Source: an uncultured Verrucomicrobiae bacterium (lineage in GTDB: Bacteria; Verrucomicrobiota; Verrucomicrobiia; Limisphaerales; Palsa-1400). From it: a stretch of 64,000 nt of DNA. The DNA lies in the NCBI GenBank assembly GCA_963707025.1, contig CAVPOM010000015.1:206118-270117 (forward strand), read 5' to 3'. The notes beneath the pieces were generated by a model, which was given only the letters and a program-made list of their open reading frames with translations, searched no databases and was not told where the DNA came from. The position numbers and the translations under genes are program-made. Below, one piece after another: positions 51,302-63,000 of this stretch. Positions within the stretch are counted from its first letter, which is position 1. Each line of letters opens with the position of its first letter.

Positions 51302-53524
51302 ATGATCGCTCGTGTCACCCTGGATCTGGCTCTGGGCAAAGAGTTCGATTACCTCATCCCCGCCGAACTGGCCGCGCAGGTGGAGGTGGGCACGCGGGTC
51401 AAGGCGCCGTTTGCCCGCCGCCAGGTCCTGGGCTGCGTCACCGCGCTGCTGGAAACCTCGCCGCATCCCAACCTGCGCCCGCTCCTCAAAGTGATCGGAC
51501 GCCAGTCGCATGTCAGCCCGGCCATCCTGCGGCTGGCGCGCTGGATGGGCGAATACTATTGCTGCGGGCCGGAAGCGGCCTTGAAAACGGTCCTGCCCGA
51601 GGCGGTGCGCAAAGAGAAGGATGGGTGGCGCGAACAATTATTCGTGCGCGCCCTGCCGCAGCACAGCCCCGCGCCGAAGTTGAGCCGGCGCCAGGAGGAG
51701 ATTTTGGAATTTGCGCGCGCCCATGCCGAGGGGCCGTTGCAGGAATTGCTGCGCGCCACCGGCGCCGCCGCCCAAACCGTGCGGCGGTTGGAGGACAAAG
51801 GGTTGCTGGCCATCGCCCCCAAGATATCCGAACGCGACCCTTACGCCCGGGAGACCATTCTGCCCACCCAAAGCCTGACGATGAATGCCGAGCAGGCGCG
51901 CGCCCTGGCGGAAATCAGCGCCGCGCTCCAGGGCGGCGGGCCGCCCCACCGCGCCTTCCTCCTCCACGGGGTGACGGGCAGCGGGAAAACGGAAGTTTAT
52001 TTGCAGGCGATGGCGCTGGCCCTGGAACAGGGCAAGGGCGCGATTGTGCTGGTGCCGGAGATTTCGCTCACGCCGCAAACGGTGGAACGCTTCAAGGCGC
52101 GCTTCAGTTCCGGGCCGCAGCAAACCCTGGTGGCGGTGTTGCACAGCCATTTGTCCGCCGGCGAACGCCATGACGAATGGCATAAAATCCGCCAGGGCCG
52201 CGCCCGCATCGCCATCGGGGCGCGCTCCGCCGTCTTCGCGCCGGTGGAGCGGCTGGGCCTGATCATCGTGGACGAGGAGCATGAACAGTCCTACAAACAA
52301 GAGGAAGCGCCCCGCTACCACGCCCGCGACGTGGCCGTGGTGCGCGCCCAAATGGAGGGGGCGGTGGTGGTGCTCGGTTCCGCCACCCCCAGCCTGGAGA
52401 GCTTTTACAACGCGCAAAAGGGAAAATACCGGCTCCTGCAAATGCCCACCCGCGCGGACGACAAGAAAATGCCCATCGTCCGGGTGGTGGACATGCGCCA
52501 GGTGGCGCGGCACGAAAAGAAAAACCACATTTTTTCGCCGGTTTTGAAGGAGGCGATCCTGCAACGGCTGGAACGCAAGGAACAAACCATCCTTTTCTTG
52601 AACCGCCGCGGCTACGCCACTTCCCTGCAATGCGAACGATGCGGTTACGTGGCGCAATGCCCGGATTGCAGCGTCTCGCTGACCTGGCACCGGCAGGAAC
52701 AAAAATTGAAGTGCCACATCTGCGGCCATGAACAAGCCGCCCCGCTGGTCTGTCCCGAAGCCAAATGCCGCAATCCGGCCATCCGTTATTCCGGCCTGGG
52801 AACCGAACGCGTCGAGTCCACCCTGGTTGCCATGTTCCCCCGCGCGAGAATCAAGCGGATGGACTCCGACACCTTGAAGCGCAAGGAGGACTACCGGCGG
52901 GTCCTGGGGGACGTGCGCACAGGAAAGATAGACATCCTGGTCGGCACGCAAATGATCGCCAAGGGGCTGCATTTCCCCAATGTCACCCTGGTGGGCATCG
53001 TTCACGCCGACCTGGGCCTGCACATCCCCGATTTCCGCGGCAGCGAGCGGACATTCCAATTGTTGACACAGGTGGCCGGGCGGGCCGGCCGCGGGGACGT
53101 GGAGGGCGAAGTTCTGGTCCAGGCCTTCACCCCCTTTCATCCCGCCATCCAGTACGCCCGCCGCCACGATTTCAACGGCTTTTACGAGCAGGAAATGGAG
53201 TTCCGCCAGCAACTCAAATATCCCCCCGTCAGCCGCATCGCCCTGGTCCTCCTGCGCGGACGGAACGAGGAAAAGGTGAAATTCTCTGCCGATTACCTCA
53301 AGGGTGAGCTGGTCAAAAAAACGGCGGGCCTGGCCGGATTGGTCATCAAAGGCCCCGCCGCCGCGCCGCTGGCCCGCACCAAAACGGAGTACCGCTTTCA
53401 AATCATGTTGCTCACCCGCCAAATGAGCCGCCTGAGCCTGCTCCTGGCCCAACTGAGCGCCTCACTCACCTTGCCCGAAGAGGTAAAAATGACGGTGGAC
53501 ATTGATCCGGTCAATTTGATGTGA
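51302..53524 (+). CDS. priA: Primosomal protein N'
   Basis: LHGVTGSGKTEVY, VPEISLTPQ, IVDEEHE, GSATPS, two Zn-finger Cys clusters, QVAGRAGR. Confidence 0.97.
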   Translation: MIARVTLDLALGKEFDYLIPAELAAQVEVGTRVKAPFARRQVLGCVTALLETSPHPNLRPLLKVIGRQSHVSPAILRLARWMGEYYCCGPEAALKTVLPEAVRKEKDGWREQLFVRALPQHSPAPKLSRRQEEILEFARAHAEGPLQELLRATGAAAQTVRRLEDKGLLAIAPKISERDPYARETILPTQSLTMNAEQARALAEISAALQGGGPPHRAFLLHGVTGSGKTEVYLQAMALALEQGKGAIVLVPEISLTPQTVERFKARFSSGPQQTLVAVLHSHLSAGERHDEWHKIRQGRARIAIGARSAVFAPVERLGLIIVDEEHEQSYKQEEAPRYHARDVAVVRAQMEGAVVVLGSATPSLESFYNAQKGKYRLLQMPTRADDKKMPIVRVVDMRQVARHEKKNHIFSPVLKEAILQRLERKEQTILFLNRRGYATSLQCERCGYVAQCPDCSVSLTWHRQEQKLKCHICGHEQAAPLVCPEAKCRNPAIRYSGLGTERVESTLVAMFPRARIKRMDSDTLKRKEDYRRVLGDVRTGKIDILVGTQMIAKGLHFPNVTLVGIVHADLGLHIPDFRGSERTFQLLTQVAGRAGRGDVEGEVLVQAFTPFHPAIQYARRHDFNGFYEQEMEFRQQLKYPPVSRIALVLLRGRNEEKVKFSADYLKGELVKKTAGLAGLVIKGPAAAPLARTKTEYRFQIMLLTRQMSRLSLLLAQLSASLTLPEEVKMTVDIDPVNLM

Positions 53525-53839
53525 GAGCGATTGCCAATGATCATTAGCTCCAACCATCCGCTGTCTTTGGCAAACAAGCCAGGAAATGCGCCAACAAGCC
53601 TCCAAATCAACGCGAAAGGGCCTATCCATGTCCAAATCTTGGACACTTGCCTCCCTCTTCTTGAGCATTTTGAGCTTCTGCAAAGACCTTTTAATTTCAG
53701 CCAGGATGAATGTGTCAGGATTGAGAGCAGAAAGCGGAGACCTTCTATCTGCCGCCCCAGGAACGGCCGGCGCCAACTCGCCTTGTCACCGTCACGGCTC
53801 GATGCAGTCCCGCCCTGCCGAGGCCCTTCAATGGCCTGG

Positions 53840-54550
53840 TCACTTGGTATTCTCGACCAGTTCCGGGTTGAGCTCCGGTTGCGGCTCCAGAACGGCCGGG
53901 GCGGAGGCTTGGAAGGAAAGCAGGATGGAGGTGCCGGAACCGGGCGCGGTGGACAATTGCACCGAGCCGCCCATGCGCGTGACTCGCTCGTGCAGGGAAA
54001 GAACATCCAAGTCGCGCTCCGGATCGCTTTTCCGGCCAAAACCGTTGTCATCGCCGAGCAGGCGCAGCCAGAACAGCCCGTTGGATTGTTCGGCCCGGAT
54101 GTCAACGTGGGAAGCGCCGATGCGCGGGTAAAGTTGCGTCAAAAGCTCGCGGCAAATCGTGAACAATTCGGCGGCGATCCCCGCCGGCAGCGGGATGGCC
54201 TTGCACGGCGGGGTAAAGGAAAAACGCAGGTCCGTCCCATGCGTCCGCGCGTACCATTGCAACACCGCCATCAGCCCAAGTTGATCCAGCAGACGGGGTT
54301 GCAATTCGTCGGTGATCTCGCGGACGGATTGGCAAAGATCGTTCGCCATGGCGGACCACTCCTGACACTTCTGCTTCCATTCCGGTGGCGATTCTTCGTC
54401 AGTTGAATCAAAGGACAACTGGAGGGCGAGCAGGGTGAGTTTCTGGGTGATCTCGTCGTGTATTCTGTGGGCAAGTCGCTGGTGCTGTTCGGCGAGAAGG
54501 GACTGCCGGCGGACGAGGAGCAAGTTAAGTTGGTCTGGCGAAGGTTTCAC
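53840..54550 (-). CDS. Sensorless HisKA_3-type histidine-kinase-like protein with degenerate ATPase boxes
   Basis: LAHRIHDEITQKL (H-box), LQPRLLDQLGL, ERVTRMGGSVQLSTAPGSGTSI. Confidence 0.7.
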   Translation of the reverse strand: MKPSPDQLNLLLVRRQSLLAEQHQRLAHRIHDEITQKLTLLALQLSFDSTDEESPPEWKQKCQEWSAMANDLCQSVREITDELQPRLLDQLGLMAVLQWYARTHGTDLRFSFTPPCKAIPLPAGIAAELFTICRELLTQLYPRIGASHVDIRAEQSNGLFWLRLLGDDNGFGRKSDPERDLDVLSLHERVTRMGGSVQLSTAPGSGTSILLSFQASAPAVLEPQPELNPELVENTK

Positions 54551-55066
54551 GTTATGACGCGCGATAAAATCCGGTTCAATTGGTTTGGCACCCGCAGGCC
54601 CGCGGCCTCAATAACGCAGGGCGCAGCTTTCGGAAATGCAAAATTGTTCCGCCCCATACCACTCATGCCCGGAGCCAGGCAGCCGTTAAAACTGCCCAAG
54701 AACACTGTCAGTTGTCTTAGCAATTCAAATGCCAAACCACCATGACCACAGCCGGAATGGAAGACTTCCCTTGCAAATCATTCTGCAATAAAGGGATGGG
54801 AAAGCACTTTTGCAAGGGGTCGCCATGACCATTGTCAAACCGCTTCTTGCAGGATTGTTTTTGAGTCGTCGCATGGCAAATAGTTTCTCAAACTGGATAA
54901 AAGGCGAATAAATCGGGCAATGGATCGTCCAATTCTTGGAAAAGTGTCCCAAAAAAGGACAATCCCCTTCCTGTTCAAGGCGATCAGCTCAAATTCAAAT
55001 CACCAAGCTGTTCTGCATTGCCGATGTCCAAAGGTGCAGCAGGAACGGAGGATGGATCGCTTTGGC

Positions 55067-55375
55067 CTAAACCTTGAGGGCGGCTGCTTTTCTAACGAGT
55101 TTGGCCCCGTTTGTCCTGAGGTATGCCTGAACCGCGGCAATGCCGCCGAGGCTGATCGGCACTCGTTTTTGGTTTTGAAAGAGACGATAGTGGGTAAGCG
55201 TCTTGCCCACTTCCATGATCTCGATGTGTTTGTCCTCCATCTTCCAAAGCTGGCCTTTTGCCAGCGGAACCATGGCGAACTTTTTGGACTTCATACTTTT
55301 TCCTGTTGTCGAGCGCTTCCCCCGGGCGACGCGACTCCCGCCCTTGCCAGCCGCCGATGCGGGAGTTTTTTTCAT
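55067..55375 (-). CDS. Small basic hypothetical protein
   Basis: Lys/Arg-rich tail plus a compact core LAKGQLWKMEDKHIEIMEVGKTLTHYRL. Confidence 0.6.
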   Translation of the reverse strand: MKKTPASAAGKGGSRVARGKRSTTGKSMKSKKFAMVPLAKGQLWKMEDKHIEIMEVGKTLTHYRLFQNQKRVPISLGGIAAVQAYLRTNGAKLVRKAAALKV

Positions 55376-55522
55376 GGTGTTTCTTTCCGTCCCGGCATTA
55401 AAACACAGGCCGGCCAAAAAAGAAACATAAATCTTTGGCCGCGTTCCATTTCCGGCGGCGATGGAGCTTTGGCGGCCGAGGCCGGCCGGGCAGCCCGGCC
55501 AACTGCCCTCCCGCTTCCTCAA

Positions 55523-56566
55523 TTAATTAATGATGGAGCCGGGCTTTTTGGGAAAATCCAGAATCACCTTGGGCTGCTGCCGCTGCGCTCCCCCCGGCGA
55601 CGCGGGAGAAAGCGGTTTGCGCTGGGCAGGCTGGGAAGCCTGCAGATTAAAGCCAGGCGTATCCCCCCACACGCTCAACCCAGGCAGTCCGCGCGAAAGC
55701 CCTTCATCCGCCTTGTCAGGGATTTTGCCGGGAGTTAAAGACGGTGTGCGGCCAGCCTGCTCTTTGTAACCATTGTAGCCCGTCGCCATCCCATCCAGCG
55801 GCGATATCAGGGGCGAAGCGGAAGGCATGAGCGAAGAGAACATTGAGTCGCCGGAGGCCTTGGAGCCGGAAAACGGAGAGAGTGACTTGAACAAGCCGGG
55901 CCTGTTTTCCAGGAGCGGCTTATTCTGTTTCTGGAGCAAGTCAGCCAGGGACGTTCCGCCGCCGGGACCGTTGGCATCATTCGTGCGGGACCCCAAGGAC
56001 CTGTTCCCGGCATTGCCAAAACCCAAATCGTTTTGCCGGTCACGCCTCTCCGCCGGGGTGAGCGATTCCAAACGCGCATCGCCCTGGCCGTAACGCGAAT
56101 CCAGTCTGTCCAGGCCGCGCCCAAGGCCATCCGGGTTCTCCGATGTTCCCGAAGCTTTCATCGCATTGAAATAGTTGCTGGCCGGCTTGGAAGAATAATC
56201 AGTGGCATACGTCCCCCAAACGGGATTCTCAAAGCTGTCGTTTAGCCCGAACCTCGCCAGATCCGATCCCAAATCGCCATTCCCGTTCCGGGCATTGCGC
56301 TCACCAGCTCGACGGGCGGGCGCCTCGGTGGGGAGGGACATCACAGGGTAGATTATCTGTGCCGGCGGCGCGGAATTCCTGAAGGCAAAATCGGAGGAAT
56401 CATCCGCCGCTTCGCTCTTCGGGCGATCCACCGTCGGCAGCGCCAGAGTCTCGGATGCACGCGAAAATTCAATTTTATCCCCAGCCTGGGCCGACGCAGG
56501 CAACCCGCCCGACACCCCCGCCCCGAGCAGCAGCGCCAAAAATGACCTTGACCGGCAGATTGACAT
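55523..56566 (-). CDS. Secreted low-complexity hypothetical protein
   Basis: 347-aa ORF with a signal-like N-terminus (FLALLLGAGVSGGLPASAQA), rich in S/G/P. Confidence 0.6.
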   Translation of the reverse strand: MSICRSRSFLALLLGAGVSGGLPASAQAGDKIEFSRASETLALPTVDRPKSEAADDSSDFAFRNSAPPAQIIYPVMSLPTEAPARRAGERNARNGNGDLGSDLARFGLNDSFENPVWGTYATDYSSKPASNYFNAMKASGTSENPDGLGRGLDRLDSRYGQGDARLESLTPAERRDRQNDLGFGNAGNRSLGSRTNDANGPGGGTSLADLLQKQNKPLLENRPGLFKSLSPFSGSKASGDSMFSSLMPSASPLISPLDGMATGYNGYKEQAGRTPSLTPGKIPDKADEGLSRGLPGLSVWGDTPGFNLQASQPAQRKPLSPASPGGAQRQQPKVILDFPKKPGSIIN

Positions 56567-57025
56567 ATTTAAGCAAGTTCATAGCGCAACCAGGGCAAAA
56601 CGTCAATTCAATAAAAATCGCCAAATGGACCAACGCGCCGGTGAACAAACAAAGACCAGCGGCAACGCGGCCAATTCGCCGCGCTCAGGGGCGGCAAGCA
56701 AACGAATTGAACCGTCCCGATGGAATCGGGAGATGCCACGGATGCGGACAGGACGAACGAAGGCTTTTGAAAAGGATCAACCGCAGGAAACGGAGAAGGA
56801 AAAATCTTGCCAGAAATGCGCAATTCTCGTGGATCGCAGTGCAAAAGAAAAAAACACCATAAGTTCTTGTCTTTGTGTTCCTCGCGTGCCTTTGCGGCAA
56901 AAGCATTTCAATGCGAAAAGAAGACAACCAAGGCAACGAATCCCGATTCACAATCGGGACTCTTCGTTTCCTTGGTTTGCTTCTGTTCCAAATATGCGCC
57001 TCAAAGAGGCAAACTTGGAATAACC

Positions 57026-60000
57026 TTATTGATCGACCAAACGGAAGTACACGTTGGTCTGGGTCCGATCAATCGTGATGGTCTCGCTGGTCTTGGACGT
57101 CGAGCCGGGATAGGCGAACCAGTCACCTGCGTTCGAGAGGTCAATCGAATTGGTTTCCAGTGTCCAGCCCAGATGGTCCGCCGGCCAAGAGAGGGTGAGT
57201 TGGTTGTTCGACACGCTCAAAGACAGGTTGATCGGCGTCGCGTTCACTTCCACGGTTTGGGCCAGTGCGGAGCTGGTGCTGGGGGCATTGGTGTCGTCGC
57301 CAACATAAGTCGCCGTGATTGAATAAAGGCCCGGCGGCAGACTGCTGATGGTCAGACTGGCCACGCCACCGACTGTGGTGTTGGTCGAAATCGGAACCGC
57401 ACCCGCGTAGAAAACAACCGCTTCCCCATCGGGCGGCGCCGGGCTGACGGTCGCCGTGATGCTCAACGGACTGCCATAAGTGGTGGAACTGCCGCCGGAC
57501 AGCGCCGTCGAGGTGAGATTCAGAATGTTCAGGAGCACGGCGTCGCCACTGATGGCCATGAAGTTGGTCGTGCCCGTGGCCGGGATAGCTGTGCCGGTCA
57601 CAGCGGGCGCGACGGTGCCGCTGATATCTCCACTGTATTGGATGATGACGATGTAACTGCCGGCGGACAAGGCCGAACCGCTAAACGTGTTGACCGTGAA
57701 GACATTGTCATGGAGCGATAAAGTGCTTTGCTCAATGACGAGGGAAGGAGCCAAGCCGTCGTAGTCCAAGGTAATCGGGAGAGAACCCATGTTCACTGTC
57801 CCGTGGGCTGGGCCCAGAATGGTGGCGGGGGCGTCGCCGCTGGCGGTGAAACTGGTGCCGGGCATGTTAAAGGTGGCCCCAGCCCCCAGCCCGGAAACAT
57901 CCAACGTTGCTCCCGCCCCGATGGTGATGCCAGAGGTGTCGGCAATCGAACCCCCGCCGCCCAAAGCCAGGGTGCCGCTACTGATGATCGTTCTGCCAGT
58001 GTAGGTGTCGGCAGCCGTGAGCGTCAGTGTGCCGGTGCCGGACACGCTCAGCACGCCTGGTCCGGACACGACTCCCAACAAAGTCTCCGGGGCCGAACCG
58101 TCGTAGTTCAAGATAGTGTTGTCGATGATGTTGCCCGAGTAAGTGCCGCCGGCCAATACTATCGTCAGCGCGCTGGCATTGGCCGACGCCTGCACAAAGG
58201 TGTAATTGCTGGCCGTCAGCCCGGAGCCGGTGATGGCGTAACTGCCCACCGGGCTGACTGGCGTCGTGGCGCTGGTAAAGGCCAGTGCGCCGGCCGTGGC
58301 GCTGGACTGGGTGTCGCTGTAAACAAAGCCCGTCACCGTGCCGGCGAAGCTCGTGTTGGCCGAGCCATAAGGCTGGCTGGCCGCCGTGGCCGCGTAGGTC
58401 AGCGTGGCCGGGTTGATGGCCCCGGTGAGGGAAGGTTCTGTCAAACTGTAGTTGGTAGCCTCACTGCCGCCCAGGCTCAGGCCGGCCACCGTGACCGGCA
58501 CCGCCGGATTGGCGTTGGTGTCGGTAAACGCCGCCGTGTAGCCGTTGGTGACCAAAGACACGCTGCCGAGGTCCTGCGCCACAACGCCCGTCAGAACCAC
58601 GTTGTTGGAACTCAAGCTCGCCGCATCCAGCCCGCTCAACGTGCCATAAACCACCCCATCCACCGTCAACCCCGAGGCAATCGTCACCGGCGCCGGCGTG
58701 ATGGCCGCGCTCAACACCGGCTGCGTCAGAGTATAATTGGTATAATCGCCGCCGGTCAAAGTCAGGCCGGCCACCGTCACCGTGATGTTGGTGGTCGCGT
58801 TGGAATCGGCAAAGGTCGCCACGTAGCCATTGGTGGACAAGGTCACGCTGCCCGCGTCCCCGCCGGCCAGGCCCGCCAAAACCACGGTGTTCGTCAAACT
58901 CAAGGTCGCCGTATTGGTGCCGTCATAGACCTTGTCGTCCGCCGTCAGTCCCGAAACTATCGTCACCGTGTCCGCCGTTATCGTCAGCGCGCTGGCATTG
59001 TCCGACGCCTCCACAAAAGTGTAGTTCACAGCGGCCAGACCCGAGCCGGTGATGGCGTAACTGCCCACCGGGCTGGCGGGCGTCGTGGCGCTGCTGAACT
59101 CCAGCGCGCCGGTCGTGGCGCTGGCTTGGGTGTCGCCCGCCACAAAGCCGGTCACCAGGCGGCGAAACTCGTGTTGGCCGAGCCATAAGGCTGGCTGGCC
59201 GCCGTCGCCGCGTAGGTCAGCGTGGCCGGAGTGATCGTCAGCGCGCTGGCGTTGCCCGACGCCTGCTCAAAAGTGTAGTTCACAGCGGCCAGACCAGAGC
59301 CGGTGATGGCGTAACTGCCCACCGGGCTGGCTGGCGCCGTGGCGCTGCTGAACTCCAGCGCGCCGGTCGTGGCGCTGGCTTGGGTGTCGCCCGCCACAAA
59401 GCCCGTCACCATGCCGGTGAAACTCGTGTTGGCCGAGCCATAAGGCTGGCTGGCCGCCGTCGCCGCGTAGGTCAGCGTGGCCGGAGTGATCGTCAGCGCG
59501 CTGGCATTGGCCGACGCCTGCACAAAGGTGTAATTGCTGGCTGTCAGCCCGGAGCCGGTGATGGCGTAACTGCCCACCGGGCTGACTGGCGTCGTGGCGC
59601 TGCTAAAGGCCAGCGCGCCGGCCGTGGCACTGGACTGGGTGTCGCTGTAAACAAAGCCCGTCACCATGCCGGCAAAGCTCGTGTTGGCCGAGCCATAAGG
59701 CTGGCTGGCCGCCGTCGCCGCGTAGGTCAGCGTGGCCGGGTTGATGGCCCCGGTGAGGGAAGGTTCTGTCAAACTGTAGTTGGTAGCCTCACTGCCGCCC
59801 AGGCTCAGGCCGGCCACCGTGACCGGCACCGCCGGATTGGCGTTGGTGTCGGTAAACGCCGCCGTGTAGCCGTTGGTGACCAAAGACACGCTGCCGAGGT
59901 CCTGCGCCACAACGCCCGTCAGAACCACGTTGTTGGAACTCAAGCTCGCCGCATCCAGCCCGCTCAACGTGCCATAAACCACCCCATCCACCGTCAACCC

Positions 60001-63000
60001 CGAGGCAATCGTCACCGGCGCCGGTGTGATGGCCGCGCTCAACACCGGCTGCGTCAGAGTGTAATTGGTATAATCGCCGCCGGTCAAAGTCAGGCCGGCC
60101 ACCGTCACCGTGATGTTGGTGGTCGCGTTGGAATCGGCAAAGGTCGCCACGTAGCCATTGGTGGACAAGGTCACGCTGCCCGCGTCCCCGCCTGCCAGGC
60201 CCGCCAAAACCACGGTGTTCGTCAAACTCAAGGTCGCCGTATTGGTGCCGTCATAGACCTTGTTGTCCGCCGTCAGTCCCGAAACTATCGTCACCGTGTC
60301 CGCCGTTATCGTCAGCGCGCTGGCATTGTCCGACGCCTCCACAAAAGTGTAGTTCACAGCGGCCAGACCCGAGCCGGTGATGGCGTAACTGCCCACCGGG
60401 CTGGCGGGCGTCGTGGCGCTGCTGAACTCCAGCGCGCCGGTCGTGGCGCTGGCTTGGGTGTCGCCCGCCACAAAGCCGGTCACCAGGCCGGCGAAACTCG
60501 TGTTGGCCGAGCCATAAGGCTGGCTGGCCGCCGTCGCCGCGTAGGTCAGCGTGGCCGGAGTGATCGTCAGCGCGCTGGCGTTGCCCGACGCCTGCTCAAA
60601 AGTGTAGTTCACAGCGGCCAGACCAGAGCCGGTGATGGCGTAACTGCCCACCGGGCTGGCTGGCGCCGTGGCGCTGCTGAACTCCAGCGCGCCGGTCGTG
60701 GCGCTGGCTTGGGTGTCGCCCGCCACAAAGCCCGTCACCATGCCGGTGAAACTCGTGTTGGCCGAGCCATAAGGCTGGCTGGCCGCCGTCGCCGCGTAGG
60801 TCAGCGTGGCCGGAGTGATCGTCAGCGCGCTGGCATTGGCCGACGCCTGCACAAAGGTGTAATTGCTGGCTGTCAGCCCGGAGCCGGTGATGGCGTAACT
60901 GCCCACCGGGCTGACTGGCGTCGTGGCGCTGGTAAAGGCCAGTGCGCCGGCCGTGGCGCTGGACTGGGTGTCGCTGTAAACAAAGCCCGTCACCGTGCCG
61001 GCGAAGCTCGTGTTGGCCGAGCCATAAGGCTGGCTGGCCGCCGTGGCCGCGTAGGTCAGCGTGGCCGGGTTGATGGCCCCGGTGAGGGAAGGTTCTGTCA
61101 AACTGTAGTTGGTAGCCTCACTGCCGCCCAGGCTCAGGCCGGCCACCGTGACCGGCACCGCCGGATTGGCGTTGGTGTCGGTAAACACCGCCGTGTAGCC
61201 GTTGGTGACCAAAGACACGCTGCCGAGGTCTTGCGCCACAACGCCCGTCAGAACCACGTTGTTGGAACTCAAGCTCGCCGCATCCAGCCCGCTCAACGTG
61301 CCATAAACTACCCCATCAACCGTCAACCCCGAGGCAATCGTCACCGGCGCCGGTGTGATGGCCGCGCTCAACACCGGCTGCGTCAGAGTGTAATTGGTAT
61401 AATCGCCGCCGGTCAAAGTCAGGCCGGCCACCGTCACCGTGATGTTGGTGGTCGCGTTGGAATCGGCAAAGGTCGCCACGTAGCCATTGGTGGACAAGGT
61501 CACGCTGCCCGCGTCCCCGCCGGCCAGGCCCGCCAAAACCACGGTGTTCGTCAAACTCAAGGTCGCCGTATTGGTGCCGTCATAGACCTTGTCGTCCGCC
61601 GTCAGTCCCGAAACTATCGTCACCGTGTCCGCCGTTATCGTCAGCGCGCTGGCATTGTCCGACGCCTCCACAAAAGTGTAGTTCACAGCGGCCAGACCCG
61701 AGCCGGTGATGGCGTAACTGCCCACCGGGCTGGCGGGCGTCGTGGCGCTGCTGAACTCCAGCGCGCCGGTCGTGGCGCTGGCTTGGGTGTCGCCCGCCAC
61801 AAAGCCGGTCACCAGGTGGCGAAACTCGTGTTGGCCGAGCCATAAGGCTGGCTGGCCGCCGTCGCCGCGTAGGTCAGCGTGGCCGGAGTGATCGTCAGCG
61901 CGCTGGCGTTGCCCGACGCCTGCTCAAAAGTGTAGTTCACAGCGGCCAGACCAGAGCCGGTGATGGCGTAACTGCCCACCGGGCTGGCTGGCGCCGTGGC
62001 GCTGCTGAACTCCAGCGCGCCGGTCGTGGCGCTGGCTTGGGTGTCGCCCGCCACAAAGCCCGTCACCATGCCGGTGAAACTCGTGTTGGCCGAGCCATAA
62101 GGCTGGCTGGCCGCCGTCGCCGCGTAGGTCAGCGTGGCCGGAGTGATCGTCAGCGCGCTGGCATTGGCCGACGCCTGCACAAAGGTGTAATTGCTGGCTG
62201 TCAGCCCGGAGCCGGTGATGGCGTAACTGCCCACCGGGCTGACTGGCGTCGTGGCGCTGCTAAAGGCCAGCGCGCCGGCCGTGGCACTGGACTGGGTGTC
62301 GCTGTAAACAAAGCCCGTCACCATGCCGGCAAAGCTCGTGTTGGCCGAGCCATAAGGCTGGCTGGCTGGCGTGGCCGCGTAGGTCAGCGTGGCCGGGTTG
62401 ATGGCCCCGGTGAGGGAAGGTTCTGTCAAACTGTAGTTGGTAGCCTCACTGCCGCCCAGGCTCAGGCCGGCCACCGTGACCGGCACCGCCGGATTGGCGT
62501 TGGTGTCGGTAAACGCCGCCGTGTAGCCGTTGGTGACCAAAGACACGCTGCCGAGGTCCTGCGCCACAACGCCCGTCAGAACCACGTTGTTGGAACTCAA
62601 GCTCGCCGCATCCAGCCCGCTCAACGTGCCATAAACCACCCCATCCACCGTCAACCCCGAGGCAATCGTCACCGGCGCCGGCGTGATGGCCGCGCTCAAC
62701 ACCGGCTGCGTCAGAGTATAATTGGTATAATCGCCGCCGGTCAAAGTCAGGCCGGCCACCGTCACCGTGATGTTGGTGGTCGCGTTGGAATTGGCAAAGG
62801 TGGCCACGTAGCCATTGGTGGACAAGGTCACGCTGCCCGCGTCCCCGCCGGCCAGGCCCGCCAAAACCACGGTGTTCGTCAAACTCAAGGTCGCCGTATC
62901 GGTGCCGTCATAGACCTTGTCGTCCGCCGTCAGTCCCGAAACTATCGTCACCGTGTCCGCCGTTATCGTCAGCGCGCTGGCATTGTCCGACGCCTCCACA

